Counted from the stretch's first letter, positions 39,844 to 48,717 are shown. The stretch: 64,000 nucleotides of DNA from an uncultured cyanobacterium (GCA_963718615.1 OY970368.1:5408001-5472000), one strand, 5' to 3'. Made by a program: numbers and translations. The notes: generated from the letters alone by a model not told the origin.

Positions 39844-39960
39844 GGCTCTCTGAGCAACCTCTCAAATGCAAAATAAAGTACTTTTAAAAGACAAGTACAG
39901 CCGACTCAGCTACCTACACAAACACTCGCCTTATTTAGCCTCAACTTACAGATCTCATCG

Positions 39961-40220
39961 TTGAGGTGCAATTCGCCATTTGACGTATGAATCAAGAGAT
40001 TTTTTGTTGCACAAACTCTAAACAAGGAAATTTACAGTATTTCGTCTTCTATACTTAAAACTTGATTAATCCTGATTGGGAAACTGTAATCCTGATTTAC
40101 TCACGTTAGCATTTATCCGTTTCCCTAAAAGATTAGTATTTAATAAAACTCAGAATATAAGATAAATTGCGTTGAAGTACTGATTAGCCTGAGTACTGTG
40201 CATCCTTCTAATGTTCAATA
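39961..40220 (-). repeat. ~260-bp non-coding element, copy 1 (upstream of FG-GAP gene)
   Basis: Aligns end to end with 44256-44518 (~85% identity by eye). Confidence 0.9.
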
Positions 40221-40487
40221 GACATCAAATTCCAAAAAGAAATTGGTCTGCCCTGGAAGGACAGGAATATTCTCGCGCCTAGCTTAGGCAAAGGCTAACT
40301 ATACGGAGCCAACACCTGCAATATCTGCCATAGCAAAAAATGGTATTGCGGGTTGTCCACCCAAATTTCCAGCCAGTTGAATGATGGCTTTTTGCTCATC
40401 CCAGACTGCTCCAAGTTGAAGGCCAGCCTCATAGGGTAAAACGTTAATCGTGGCTCCACTATCGACAAGGCCCACAACTTCTACGCT
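40215..40487 (-). pseudogene. Retropepsin-like aspartyl protease pseudogene
   Basis: SVEVVGLVDSGATINVLPYEAGLQLGAVW...SV*LAFA*ARRENIPVLPGQTNFFLEFDVY*; DSG motif, two internal stops, no start. Confidence 0.8.
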
Positions 40488-40646
40488 TTAAGGGTCATGG
40501 TCTCATCCGGTCTAGGGGTCGAAGCTCTAGTTTAGCTTGCTCTGGGGGTGGATCAAGGTACGAACGGTTTGGTTGACTGATTTGTAGAATGCCATACAAT
40601 AACAAAATGTGGCACAAAAAGATAAGCGTGGCACATGGGAGGATGT

Positions 40647-40913
40647 ATGAATAAATTGTCTAAATCAGTAGAAGTGCATTTGGGTCGCCAAGGAAGGTTG
40701 GTGATTCCGGCGGCATTGCGGCAGTTACTGGGTTTTGAGGAGGGGGATAAGTTGGTTGCCCGTGAGGAATCAGGGCGATTGGTCTTGGAAAAGCAAGCAA
40801 TGGTAAAGCAACGGCTGAAGGCTCGCTTTGCACGGGTGTCGAAGACTCACAGTTTGGCAGATGAATTGATCGCGGAACGGCGTACAGAGGCGAAACGGGA
40901 AGGGGCTGAATGA
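40647..40913 (+). CDS. AbrB/MazE/SpoVT-family antitoxin
   Basis: 'GRQGRLVIPAALRQLLGFEEGD...SLADELIAERR'. Confidence 0.9.
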   Translation: MNKLSKSVEVHLGRQGRLVIPAALRQLLGFEEGDKLVAREESGRLVLEKQAMVKQRLKARFARVSKTHSLADELIAERRTEAKREGAE

Positions 40914-41290
40914 CAGTTGTGTTGGATGCTTCTGCATTGCTGGCTTATTTACAGGATGAGCCGGGGGGCAATGCGGTGGATGGGGGGTTGGCGGAGTCGG
41001 TGATGTCGAGTGTGAACTGGGCGGAGGTGGTGCAGAAGTCGATCGCGGCTGGGGTTGAGGTTGATGGGATGTTGGATGATTTGCAGGCTCTGGGTTTGAG
41101 GGTCGAGCCGTTTTTGCTGGAGGATGGGGAAATGGCGGGACGGTTGTGGGAGCAAACGCGGCAGGTGGGTTTGTCGTTGGGCGATCGCGCTTGTTTGAGT
41201 TTGGGTTTGCGGCTGGGCGTGATGGTTTTAACGGGCGATCGCGCTTGGGCCTCGCTGAATCTATCGCTTGATATTCAGGTGATTCGATGA
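40910..41290 (+). CDS. vapC: VapC PIN-domain toxin
   Basis: 'VVLDASALLA', 'SSVNWAEV', 'LSLGDRACL', 'LTGDRAW'; ATGA overlap with antitoxin. Confidence 0.9.
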   Translation: MTVVLDASALLAYLQDEPGGNAVDGGLAESVMSSVNWAEVVQKSIAAGVEVDGMLDDLQALGLRVEPFLLEDGEMAGRLWEQTRQVGLSLGDRACLSLGLRLGVMVLTGDRAWASLNLSLDIQVIR

Positions 41291-41300
41291 TGGGTTTGGG

Positions 41301-41654
41301 TTAGTCGTGCGATCGATCTCCTGGCTCTGGAAGCAACGGTTGAAGGAGTGCTAAAAGTTCGGGAATATCGGTTTGAATGGCATCCCAAAGCGTATTGAGG
41401 TTCACTCGATCGTATTGGTGGGCAAGGATATCTCGCATTCCAGCAATGTCTTTCCAGGGAACTTCGGGATGTTGCGATCGAAACTCTGCTGACAACCGTT
41501 TTGTGGCTTCTCCCACGATGATGACTTGATAGAGGATAGCAGATTGCTTCTCTTCATTGTTTGCCAATGCAGATTTATCGAGTCTTTGGGCAAAGTGAAG
41601 AATTCGCTTTGCGGCATTTACAATATCGAGGAGAGAGGCGTTATCTCTGCTCAT
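41301..41654 (-). CDS. HepT-like (DUF86/HEPN) ribonuclease toxin
   Basis: 'IVGEATKRLS...PWKDIAGMRDILAHQYD' RxxxxH motif. Confidence 0.92.
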   Translation of the reverse strand: MSRDNASLLDIVNAAKRILHFAQRLDKSALANNEEKQSAILYQVIIVGEATKRLSAEFRSQHPEVPWKDIAGMRDILAHQYDRVNLNTLWDAIQTDIPELLALLQPLLPEPGDRSHD

Positions 41655-41979
41655 AAATGACCTGTGCTGTTTTCAAGATTTCGTTACGGCGGATCCAGTT
41701 TTCGCTGTTCTCTACTGATTCTTTGAGGGCAATATCGACGGCTCGCCCGGAGTGGGTTTCTAGCTCATGTTTAATTTTGGCTAGGGTCAATAAGCCTTGT
41801 TGTGCTTGGGGGGAGAAATGGAGTAGCAGGTCAATGTCGCTGCCGTCGTGAAAGTCTGCTCGTAAAACAGAGCCAAATAGTGCAAGTTCTTCAATCTGCC
41901 AACGCTGACAAAAGCTGGCGATTTCAGCGGTTGAAAGTCCGAGTCGTTTCTGGAACTGGGAACTAAGCTGGGCAAGCAT
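41641..41979 (-). CDS. MntA-like minimal nucleotidyltransferase antitoxin
   Basis: 'LALFGSVLRADFHDGSDIDLL...GRAVDI'. Confidence 0.92.
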   Translation of the reverse strand: MLAQLSSQFQKRLGLSTAEIASFCQRWQIEELALFGSVLRADFHDGSDIDLLLHFSPQAQQGLLTLAKIKHELETHSGRAVDIALKESVENSENWIRRNEILKTAQVIYEQR

Positions 41980-42082
41980 TATGTTGGTCAGAATAAGAAT
42001 TTCTGTTCAAGTATAGCAATCCAGCTGGATTTCTGAGAAACCCTCAATCGTTGGACTAAGCCAATTAAAGATTGGAAGGCTG

Positions 42083-42268
42083 GAGAGCGTTCAGAATTTT
42101 GTGTAAACGCCCAAAAATCAACGAAGGGAGTGATCAGAATTTTGTGTAAATCCCCAAAAATCAACGGGAAAATAGGTATTTGAGCCTGGTCCTAGCCGAT
42201 TTTGTGAACACTCCCACGAAAAAAATCAGGGTTTGAACCTGGTCCTACACGATTTTGTGAACACTCCC
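42083..42268. mobile_element. ~90-bp MITE (outer copy) interrupted by a sister MITE
   Basis: Left end GAGAGCGTTCAGAATTTTGTGTA; right end (reverse complement) GGGAGTGTTCACAAAATCGTGTA. Confidence 0.75.
42126..42215. mobile_element. 90-bp MITE (inner copy) with 5-bp target duplication ACGAA
   Basis: GGGAGTGATCAGAATTTT...GATTTTGTGAACACTCCC flanked by ACGAA at 42121-42125 and 42216-42220. Confidence 0.8.
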
Positions 42269-42276
42269 GCAACTGC

Positions 42277-43998
42277 TTACACAAAACTATGAACACTCTC
42301 TGCTGCCAAAGCAATTTGCTGACACCCCGTACTTACATCTGTCCAAGGAGCGCTCAAACCACCTTCTTTCACAAATACTGTGCCATTCTGGAGTACTCCG
42401 ATGCGGTTGCCAGCCAAAGCAATTTGCTGACACCCCGTACTTACCTCTGTCCAAAGAGCACTCAAACCACCTTCTTTCACAAATACTGTGCCATTCTGGA
42501 GTACTCCGATGCGGTTGCCAGCCAAAGCAATTTGCTGACACCCCGTACTTACCTCTGTCCAAAGAGCACTCAAACCACCTTCTTTCACAAATACTGTGCC
42601 ATTCTGGAGTACTCCGATGCGGTTGCCAGCCAAAGCAATTTGCTGACACCCCGTACTTACCTCTGTCCAAAGAGCACTCAAACCACCTTCTTTCACAAAT
42701 ACTGTGCCATTCTGGAGTACTCCGATGCGGTTGCCAGCCAAAGCAATTTGCTGACACCCCGTACTTACATCTGTCCAAAGAGCACTCAAACCACCTTCTT
42801 TCACAAATACTGTGCCATTCTGGAGTACTCCGATGCGGTTGCCAGCCAAAGCAATTTGCTGACACCCCGTACTTACCTCTGTCCAAGGAGCGCTCAAACC
42901 ACCTTCTTTCACAAATACTGTGCCATTCTGGAGTACTCCGATGCGGTTGCCAGCCAAAGCAATTTGCTGACACCCCGTACTTACCTCTGTCCAAAGAGCA
43001 CTCAAACCACCTTCTTTCACAAATACTGTGCCATTTTGGAGTACTCCGATGCGATTTCCGGCTAAATTGTGGAATCCTCCTTGGCTAGCAATCAACGACT
43101 GCAACGTCGGAGACTGAGCAAGAATCGAAGTGATGCGGACACCAAAGTTGTTCCCTGTCATTGCAGCATTGCATCCACCATTTGTATGCACACCTACAAT
43201 TCGACCATCAGAGTTTTGTAAAATACCTGAACCAGAATTGCCACCTAAGGTATCGATATCGTTATAGCCAATGGAATTACCTTGAAGAAGAGTTACTGGG
43301 CCAGCTTCAATGCGCTTACGACGACCAGCAGGATGCCCAATAATGCAAGCCATACTATTCAAGACAGCATCAATATTTGAGATTTGTGTTTTGCCATAGA
43401 TAAGCCCTGGATTCCCTCCCAATCGCAAAATTGCGAAGTCTAGCCCTCCCAGGCGGTACTCGACCAATTGCGTAACTGGGAACGATTGCTCTACTCTTGG
43501 ATTTCCGGACGGATCTACTTGAAAGTTGAAGTTCACCTGCATATTTTTAGCAATATCAGCAGGTAGAATGACATTTAATGTTCCGTTTTGAAGCGGAAGT
43601 TGCCAGCTATTAGCATTTCGATCGAAGCAATGTCCTGCTGTTAAGAAAAGGTCATTAGCAATTAGTGTTCCACTACACCAGCGCACACCTGCAACGTTAC
43701 CTGGATTAGTGTAAATAGTAGCGAGATTATTATTCCATTGAAGTTGTCCGACAGGACTTTGGTGTGCATTAACAAAAGCAACTGTCACTCCAAGAGTTCC
43801 ATTGTACTGCTCAACTTCCTGAGAATCATCCGTCGTACCGCAAATAGCTTCATAGATCTTTTCGTATGTAAGCCCTTCTCCAGGATGCGCCTGCATGAAC
43901 TCATTTAGTCCTTCTATTTCATCCAAAAGTGGCGGAAAGAGAGAAGTAGGATCTTGATTGCGAAATTCTCCAACTGAGTTCCGTGTTTCTTCTGCCAT
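42277..43998 (-). CDS. Trypsin-like serine protease with seven near-identical 36-aa C-terminal repeats
   Basis: Triad 'LTAGHCF', 'DFAILRL', 'DTLGGNSGSG'; 7x AGNRIGVLQNGTVFVKEGGLSA(L/P)WT(E/D)VSTGCQQIAL. Confidence 0.9.
   Translation of the reverse strand: MAEETRNSVGEFRNQDPTSLFPPLLDEIEGLNEFMQAHPGEGLTYEKIYEAICGTTDDSQEVEQYNGTLGVTVAFVNAHQSPVGQLQWNNNLATIYTNPGNVAGVRWCSGTLIANDLFLTAGHCFDRNANSWQLPLQNGTLNVILPADIAKNMQVNFNFQVDPSGNPRVEQSFPVTQLVEYRLGGLDFAILRLGGNPGLIYGKTQISNIDAVLNSMACIIGHPAGRRKRIEAGPVTLLQGNSIGYNDIDTLGGNSGSGILQNSDGRIVGVHTNGGCNAAMTGNNFGVRITSILAQSPTLQSLIASQGGFHNLAGNRIGVLQNGTVFVKEGGLSALWTEVSTGCQQIALAGNRIGVLQNGTVFVKEGGLSAPWTEVSTGCQQIALAGNRIGVLQNGTVFVKEGGLSALWTDVSTGCQQIALAGNRIGVLQNGTVFVKEGGLSALWTEVSTGCQQIALAGNRIGVLQNGTVFVKEGGLSALWTEVSTGCQQIALAGNRIGVLQNGTVFVKEGGLSALWTEVSTGCQQIALAGNRIGVLQNGTVFVKEGGLSAPWTDVSTGCQQIALAAESVHSFV
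42305..43062 (-). repeat. 7 x 108-bp intragenic tandem repeat
   Basis: GCCAAAGCAATTTGCTGACACCCCG recurs every 108 bp (42305, 42413, ...). Confidence 0.95.
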
Positions 43999-44255
43999 TA
44001 CTTTCAAGTTCCTACAATCAATACAGTTTTAGTCAGTTTCTCGGTCGTTATTGCGATAGAGGTAGCTGCGAGTCTTAGTATGGCACTTCGGTTTTCTTTT
44101 CTCTATTCTTTGACAGTAGACTTACTTCAGCCTCAGAGTACTAGGCATACTCTAATCGGAAGAGCCAAAAATACTATCCAAAGACAAAGCCATATGACTC
44201 ATTATCCACGCAGATACTTTATGTCACGTTATCCTTAGTTAAACAGCCCTGGTCT

Positions 44256-44518
44256 TTGAGATGCAATTCGCTATTTGACGTATGGATCAAGAGATTCTTT
44301 GTTGCATGAACTCTAAATAAGGAAAATGACCGTATTTCGTCTTCAAGGCCTGAAGCTTGGTTCATCCTGATTGAGAAACTGTAATCCTGATTTACTCACA
44401 TCAGCATTTATCCATTTCCCTAAAAGATTGGTGTTTAATAAAGCTCAGAGCATGAAATATAAATTGCGTTGAAGTACTGATCAGCCCGAGCATTGTGCAT
44501 TCTTCGTAATGTTCAATA
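44256..44518 (-). repeat. ~260-bp non-coding element, copy 2 (between protease and LuxR genes)
   Basis: Aligns with 39961-40220; contains ATCCTGATT at 44364 and 44384. Confidence 0.9.
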
Positions 44519-44621
44519 TTTCCACAACTCACGCAATAATTTTTGTAAAGGAAAGCGGAGCACAGTGAGACAAGCGAGAAGAAAGACTCAGTATGCTCAA
44601 CTTTGCAAGGACAAAAGTTCA

Positions 44622-45800
44622 GTGCTTGATCTAGCCTCCCAAGACACCCACACCCTCCTCCACTGCATCCACACCCTCTATTCCTTCCGCGACCCCGAAA
44701 CCTTCGGGCGCGATACCCTCACCCTCCTAGAACAACTCACCCCCTGCCCCGCCTCCGTCCGCGTCACCCATCCCTCCGCCTACACAGCAGCCACCTACGA
44801 ATCCCTTTGCCCCGACTTCGAGCGTCTCCTCGCCGTAGACCTGAAAGAGACGATCGAAAAACACATGTATCAAATCACCTTCTTTGAAGGTCTCGCCCTC
44901 GCCTCCCAAGGGGAAAACAAATGCCACAAATTCTCTGACTTTGTAACGCGGGAACAAATGTGGCAACTCGAAGCCAATCAGATCATTTTCGCCGCCATTC
45001 CCTACGACGATCAAATGGTCATCATGGTCGAAGGCGAAGTGAACCTCAGAGACCCCTTCACCTACTACACGCTCTATCGGAGCTGGGGGGAATGGAGTGA
45101 GCGCGATCGCCTCCTCCTCAACCTCTTCCACCCCCACCTCGTCCAGGCTTATCACACCATCCTCCACTGGCAACGGCAACAGCATCGAATCAACGATCTG
45201 CAAGCATCCCTCGACAGCACCGGCGTGATTTTTCTCACTCCCAAAGGCGCAGCCCATGCGATTACCCGCCAAGCCAGTGAATGGCTACGCCTCTACTTCC
45301 CCGGTGTCCAAAGTCCGAGTCGCCTCCCCGAAACCCTACAGTCCTGGGTCAACCATCAGATCCATCAACTCCAAAGCACCGAACCCTACCCTGCACTTTT
45401 GCCCCACCGCGTTCAAGAGGGCGATCGCCAACTAATCATTCGCTTCACAATCGATCCCTTCAAAAAATCCTATTTGTTGCTGCTGGCCGAAGAGCACCAA
45501 CTTTCGCCCCAAGCGTCCTTAGAACTGCTGGGTCTGAGCAAACGAGAAGCCGAAGTTTTGATCAGCGTGGTTCAAGGGCGGGATAACAAGGCGATCGCCC
45601 AATCCCTAGAAATCACCGTTGGCACCGCCCGCAAACATCTGGAAAATATCTATCGCAAACTCAAGGTGCAAAGTCGGAGTGAAGCAACAGCATTGGTGGT
45701 CAAGCAACTGGGTAATCTCAATCCCCTACCCGTGAGTGAAGCAGGCAAGAAAGCTCGTAAAACGCTACAATCGTCCCAGAATGGCATTGCCAATTTTTAG
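44622..45800 (+). CDS. LuxR/CsgD-type HTH transcriptional regulator with N-terminal sensor region
   Basis: C-terminal 'LGLSKREAEVL...GRDNKAIAQSLEITVGTARKHLENIYRKLKVQSRSEA'; 'WSERDRLLLNLFHPHLVQAY'; GTG start after AAGGA. Confidence 0.9.
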   Translation: MLDLASQDTHTLLHCIHTLYSFRDPETFGRDTLTLLEQLTPCPASVRVTHPSAYTAATYESLCPDFERLLAVDLKETIEKHMYQITFFEGLALASQGENKCHKFSDFVTREQMWQLEANQIIFAAIPYDDQMVIMVEGEVNLRDPFTYYTLYRSWGEWSERDRLLLNLFHPHLVQAYHTILHWQRQQHRINDLQASLDSTGVIFLTPKGAAHAITRQASEWLRLYFPGVQSPSRLPETLQSWVNHQIHQLQSTEPYPALLPHRVQEGDRQLIIRFTIDPFKKSYLLLLAEEHQLSPQASLELLGLSKREAEVLISVVQGRDNKAIAQSLEITVGTARKHLENIYRKLKVQSRSEATALVVKQLGNLNPLPVSEAGKKARKTLQSSQNGIANF

Positions 45801-45920
45801 CAATAAATCCTGTAGGGACATGACATTGTCATGTCCCTAACGATGGCGATCGCCACAAAACCATACATCCCCCCCCATTCAACAATCCTTCCCTCAGAAT
45901 TGTCGCTCAGCATTATTCCC

Positions 45921-46094
45921 ATGGCGATCGCCCTCTCCCCCCTCTCCTTTGAAGATTTCCTCCAAACTTGCCCAACGGAGGGACGGTACGAATTTGTCAA
46001 GGGTGAAATCGTGAGAATCCTAGCAACTCGGCAGCACGATGTTGATCAATTAGATGAATATCAGCGCGTAGGCATTGCTGAATTGAGGCGATCG
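45921..46094 (+). pseudogene. Internally deleted Uma2-family endonuclease remnant
   Basis: N-terminal 'LSFEDFLQTCPTEGRYEFVKGEIV..TRQHDV' joined directly to C-terminal 'DQLDEYQRVGIAE'. Confidence 0.7.
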
Positions 46095-47702
46095 CTAATG
46101 CAAATCCGCCTCCCAAATCCCTATGTAAACCCGATTCTTATCCGTATATTCAAACGTTCCTTTCACATTGCCCTGGCTAAAGTTGTAGCGTTTAAGCTGA
46201 CCCGATCGCACCTGGGCGAGTTTGGCCTGGGCGATCGCCGTCGCCGGTTCCCCGAGTAACCCATCCAGCATGGCTTCCATAATCTTCAAATCCACCGAAG
46301 GATCAAACGTTGCTTCCGTTTGGCGCAGGCGGCGAGAATCGCGATCGTAGATGTAGCCCAAGGCCGCTTGATTGGGAATCACCTCGTACAGATTCGCTTC
46401 CGTATTGGGCCAAAAGCCAATGCGAGAAACATTGGGCTGACCCAAGCGTTCCTCGATCGTGGCTTCGGGGGTGCCAATGGGGAATTGGGGGAGGTCTTGG
46501 AGGGTGAGCGTTGGGGGTGTTGGAGTGGGGGTGTTGCGGGGTGTTGGGATTGAAGGAGACGCTGAAGGAGTTGGGCTGGGGGATGTTGGATCAACACCGA
46601 GGGAGGTAGGGGTGACGTGGAAGGGGCTGAAGGCGATCGCCAAAATTCCTCCCAGTCCTAAACCGAGCAATCCCAAACAACCCAAGAGCTTCCAGGGAGC
46701 GGTGCGGTGAGGCGCTTGACTGGCCGGGAGCGTGGCGGGCGGCGGACCGGGAATCAGAGGAGGGAAAGCGGGATGGCGGGATGGCGGGATGGCGTCGGGG
46801 ACAATTCGAGATTCGGGCGATCGCGGTGCCACGGCAACCGTTGCCATTTGGGAGAGACTCGGATCCGGGGCGGCGGTTGGTTGGTTGGGGAAAGAACTGG
46901 GCAGGCGTGCTAGCCACTGTTCCATGGTGGCAGGGCGTTGGCTGGCTTCTAGGGCCATGCCGCTGAGGATGGCGGCGTTGGTGGTGGCGCTGAGGGTGGG
47001 ATTGAGCGATCGCGGCTCTCTCAAAGGTTGCGCCTGCATCAAAATTGCAGCCGTTGGGACCTGTGCCGTCACTAGGCTATACAACGTTGCTGCCAGACCG
47101 TAGACATCCGTGGCCGGGGTTCGCTCTGCGGCTTCAAGATACTGCTCTAGGGGAGCATAGCCGGGAGAAAGGATAGTTGTATGGGTGTCCACTTGGCCCG
47201 CTTTGAATTCTCGGGCAATGCCAAAGTCAATCAAAATCACCTCGTCGGTTCCGGCCCGCCGCATGATGTTTTGGGGCTTAATATCGCGATGGAGCAGCCC
47301 CTTTTGATGGACACCCTGGAGGGCTTCTCCGATTTGGCGAATGTAGTTTAGGGCTAAGCTTTCGGGCAAGGGATGGTCCGGGAAAACGACTTTATCGAGG
47401 GACTCACCGGGGATGTAATCCATCACCATGAACGGCAAATCTCGCTCAACAAAAAAATCGCTGACGCGAACAATATGGGGATGCAGACAAAGGGCCAAAC
47501 GCCGAGCTTCGTCCTGAAATTGAGCCCGCAGCTTGTCAAAATGCTCCGATTGCTGAGTCGTTTGGTTGAGGGTTTTAATCACTACCGTTTGCTGGAGATA
47601 ATGGTGCGTCGCCTTGAACGTAATGCCAAAGCCCCCTTCGCCCAGAACCGAGTCCAGCGTATATTTGCCCGCCTGTAGCGTTTGACCAACCCAATTGCGC
47701 AT
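46095..47702 (-). CDS. Membrane Ser/Thr protein kinase
   Basis: '[10 protein letters not shown]', 'VVIK', 'LHRDIKPQN', 'IDFGIAR', 'GYAPLEQ'; Pro-rich linkers and TM helix. Confidence 0.93.
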   Translation of the reverse strand: MRNWVGQTLQAGKYTLDSVLGEGGFGITFKATHHYLQQTVVIKTLNQTTQQSEHFDKLRAQFQDEARRLALCLHPHIVRVSDFFVERDLPFMVMDYIPGESLDKVVFPDHPLPESLALNYIRQIGEALQGVHQKGLLHRDIKPQNIMRRAGTDEVILIDFGIAREFKAGQVDTHTTILSPGYAPLEQYLEAAERTPATDVYGLAATLYSLVTAQVPTAAILMQAQPLREPRSLNPTLSATTNAAILSGMALEASQRPATMEQWLARLPSSFPNQPTAAPDPSLSQMATVAVAPRSPESRIVPDAIPPSRHPAFPPLIPGPPPATLPASQAPHRTAPWKLLGCLGLLGLGLGGILAIAFSPFHVTPTSLGVDPTSPSPTPSASPSIPTPRNTPTPTPPTLTLQDLPQFPIGTPEATIEERLGQPNVSRIGFWPNTEANLYEVIPNQAALGYIYDRDSRRLRQTEATFDPSVDLKIMEAMLDGLLGEPATAIAQAKLAQVRSGQLKRYNFSQGNVKGTFEYTDKNRVYIGIWEADLH

Positions 47703-47825
47703 GGTACTCCCTGTTTCTTCCCTGTCCCTGCAAATTGACCCGCAACCTGATTGAATTGTAGGGTGCCAGAGGGCGCAGGGTTGCGCACCGGCCATTCCAC
47801 TCAAGTCGCTCGGGGGTGCACCGTG

Positions 47826-48368
47826 ATGATACGGGTTCAGCAAGGTTCGTCAAGGTCTTGGGCGCGATCGCCCCTATTCCCGTTATTCCTCAGCCTAGGA
47901 CTGGCCCTGACAAGCTGTACCCCCCAAGGAGAGGTGGTGAGCCAGACGCCTTGTCATGAGGCGATCGCCACGGCGACCTATACCTGGGAGGTGGCCTATT
48001 TTAGCGATCGCTTCCGCAACACCCCCAATCGCCAACGGCGGGAAACCTTCGCCACTGCAACGGTGATCAACCGCAATGGCCAAAAACCCGCAGTCAATGT
48101 CATAGGTCCCGACGATCAAGGGGTTTGGTGGCCGGTCTTACCCCCTCGACCCACAGCGGATGAAGTGGATGCAAGGCGTCAGACCCTAGAGATGAATGAT
48201 CCGCCGCAGATTCAAAAGGATGTGAATTATGTATTGCAGTGCGAAGATGACCGATTTTTGGCAACGGCGGAGGTGTATCGGCGGGTTGCGCGAGCGCTAG
48301 AGGCAGGGCAAAGGGTTCGCGCCAGCTACAGTTTGGGGCAGTTGTTACAAACAGAAATTGTGGACTAA
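47826..48368 (+). CDS. Hypothetical lipoprotein
   Basis: Lipobox 'LALTSC'; '[16 protein letters not shown]'. Confidence 0.7.
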   Translation: MIRVQQGSSRSWARSPLFPLFLSLGLALTSCTPQGEVVSQTPCHEAIATATYTWEVAYFSDRFRNTPNRQRRETFATATVINRNGQKPAVNVIGPDDQGVWWPVLPPRPTADEVDARRQTLEMNDPPQIQKDVNYVLQCEDDRFLATAEVYRRVARALEAGQRVRASYSLGQLLQTEIVD

Positions 48369-48497
48369 CCGTCAGACAATACCAAACTCCCTAGATTTTA
48401 GAGAAGCTAGGGAGAGAGGAGGGTAATCTAGGCACATCAGCAGTAAATTGTAAACATCTCTGCCATTGACAATCTGAAGTCTTAGAATCGAAGTTTT

Positions 48498-48683
48498 CTA
48501 AACACTTTGCTCAACCCTGGTACTTCTGCGCTTGCGCCATAGACCTAGACCCATGCCAATAAGACCAGGAAGAAGTGCAGGCGTAGGTACAGGTGTCGCT
48601 CCAGGAGCAGTCGCTGCATCTACATTCAATACATCAAATGCATCAAATGCCCATTGGTTTGAAGTGATCCCTTTAGACCTTAC
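48498..48683 (-). pseudogene. Orphan C-terminal fragment with PTPA-CTERM sorting signal
   Basis: ...NQWAFDAFDVLNVDAATAPGATPVPTPALLPGLIGMGLGLWRKRRSTRVEQSV*; in-frame TGA immediately upstream. Confidence 0.75.
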
Positions 48684-48688
48684 TCAGT

Positions 48689-48717
48689 GGTGCGCTACGG
48701 CTACGCCTAACAGCACC
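48689..48717. repeat. REP-like short palindromic element
   Basis: GGTGCGCTACGGCTACGCCTAACAGCACC imperfect hairpin resembling cyanobacterial short dispersed repeats. Confidence 0.5.

Noticed and set aside
40086-40100. NtcA site in the duplicated element (GTA...TAC)
   Set aside because: Spacer is 9 nt, not the canonical GTA-N8-TAC
42083-42268. Paired ~35-bp repeats as a mini-CRISPR
   Set aside because: Two different repeat types in L-L-R-R order that are mutually inverted, with a TSD; nested MITEs explain them better
42305-43062. 108-bp repeats as a CRISPR array
   Set aside because: No unique spacers; units are in-frame coding repeats; no cas genes in the window
42287-43065. Long alternative-frame ORFs (235 aa minus, 258 aa plus)
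   Set aside because: Stop-free by-products of the tandem repeat
39961-44518. Duplicated element as a DGR template/variable repeat pair or attL/attR
   Set aside because: Both copies are non-coding, mismatches are not adenine-specific, and no reverse transcriptase or integrase is present
44493-44621. N-terminal extension of the LuxR ORF
   Set aside because: Overlaps the non-coding duplicated element; GTG at 44622 with an RBS is more plausible
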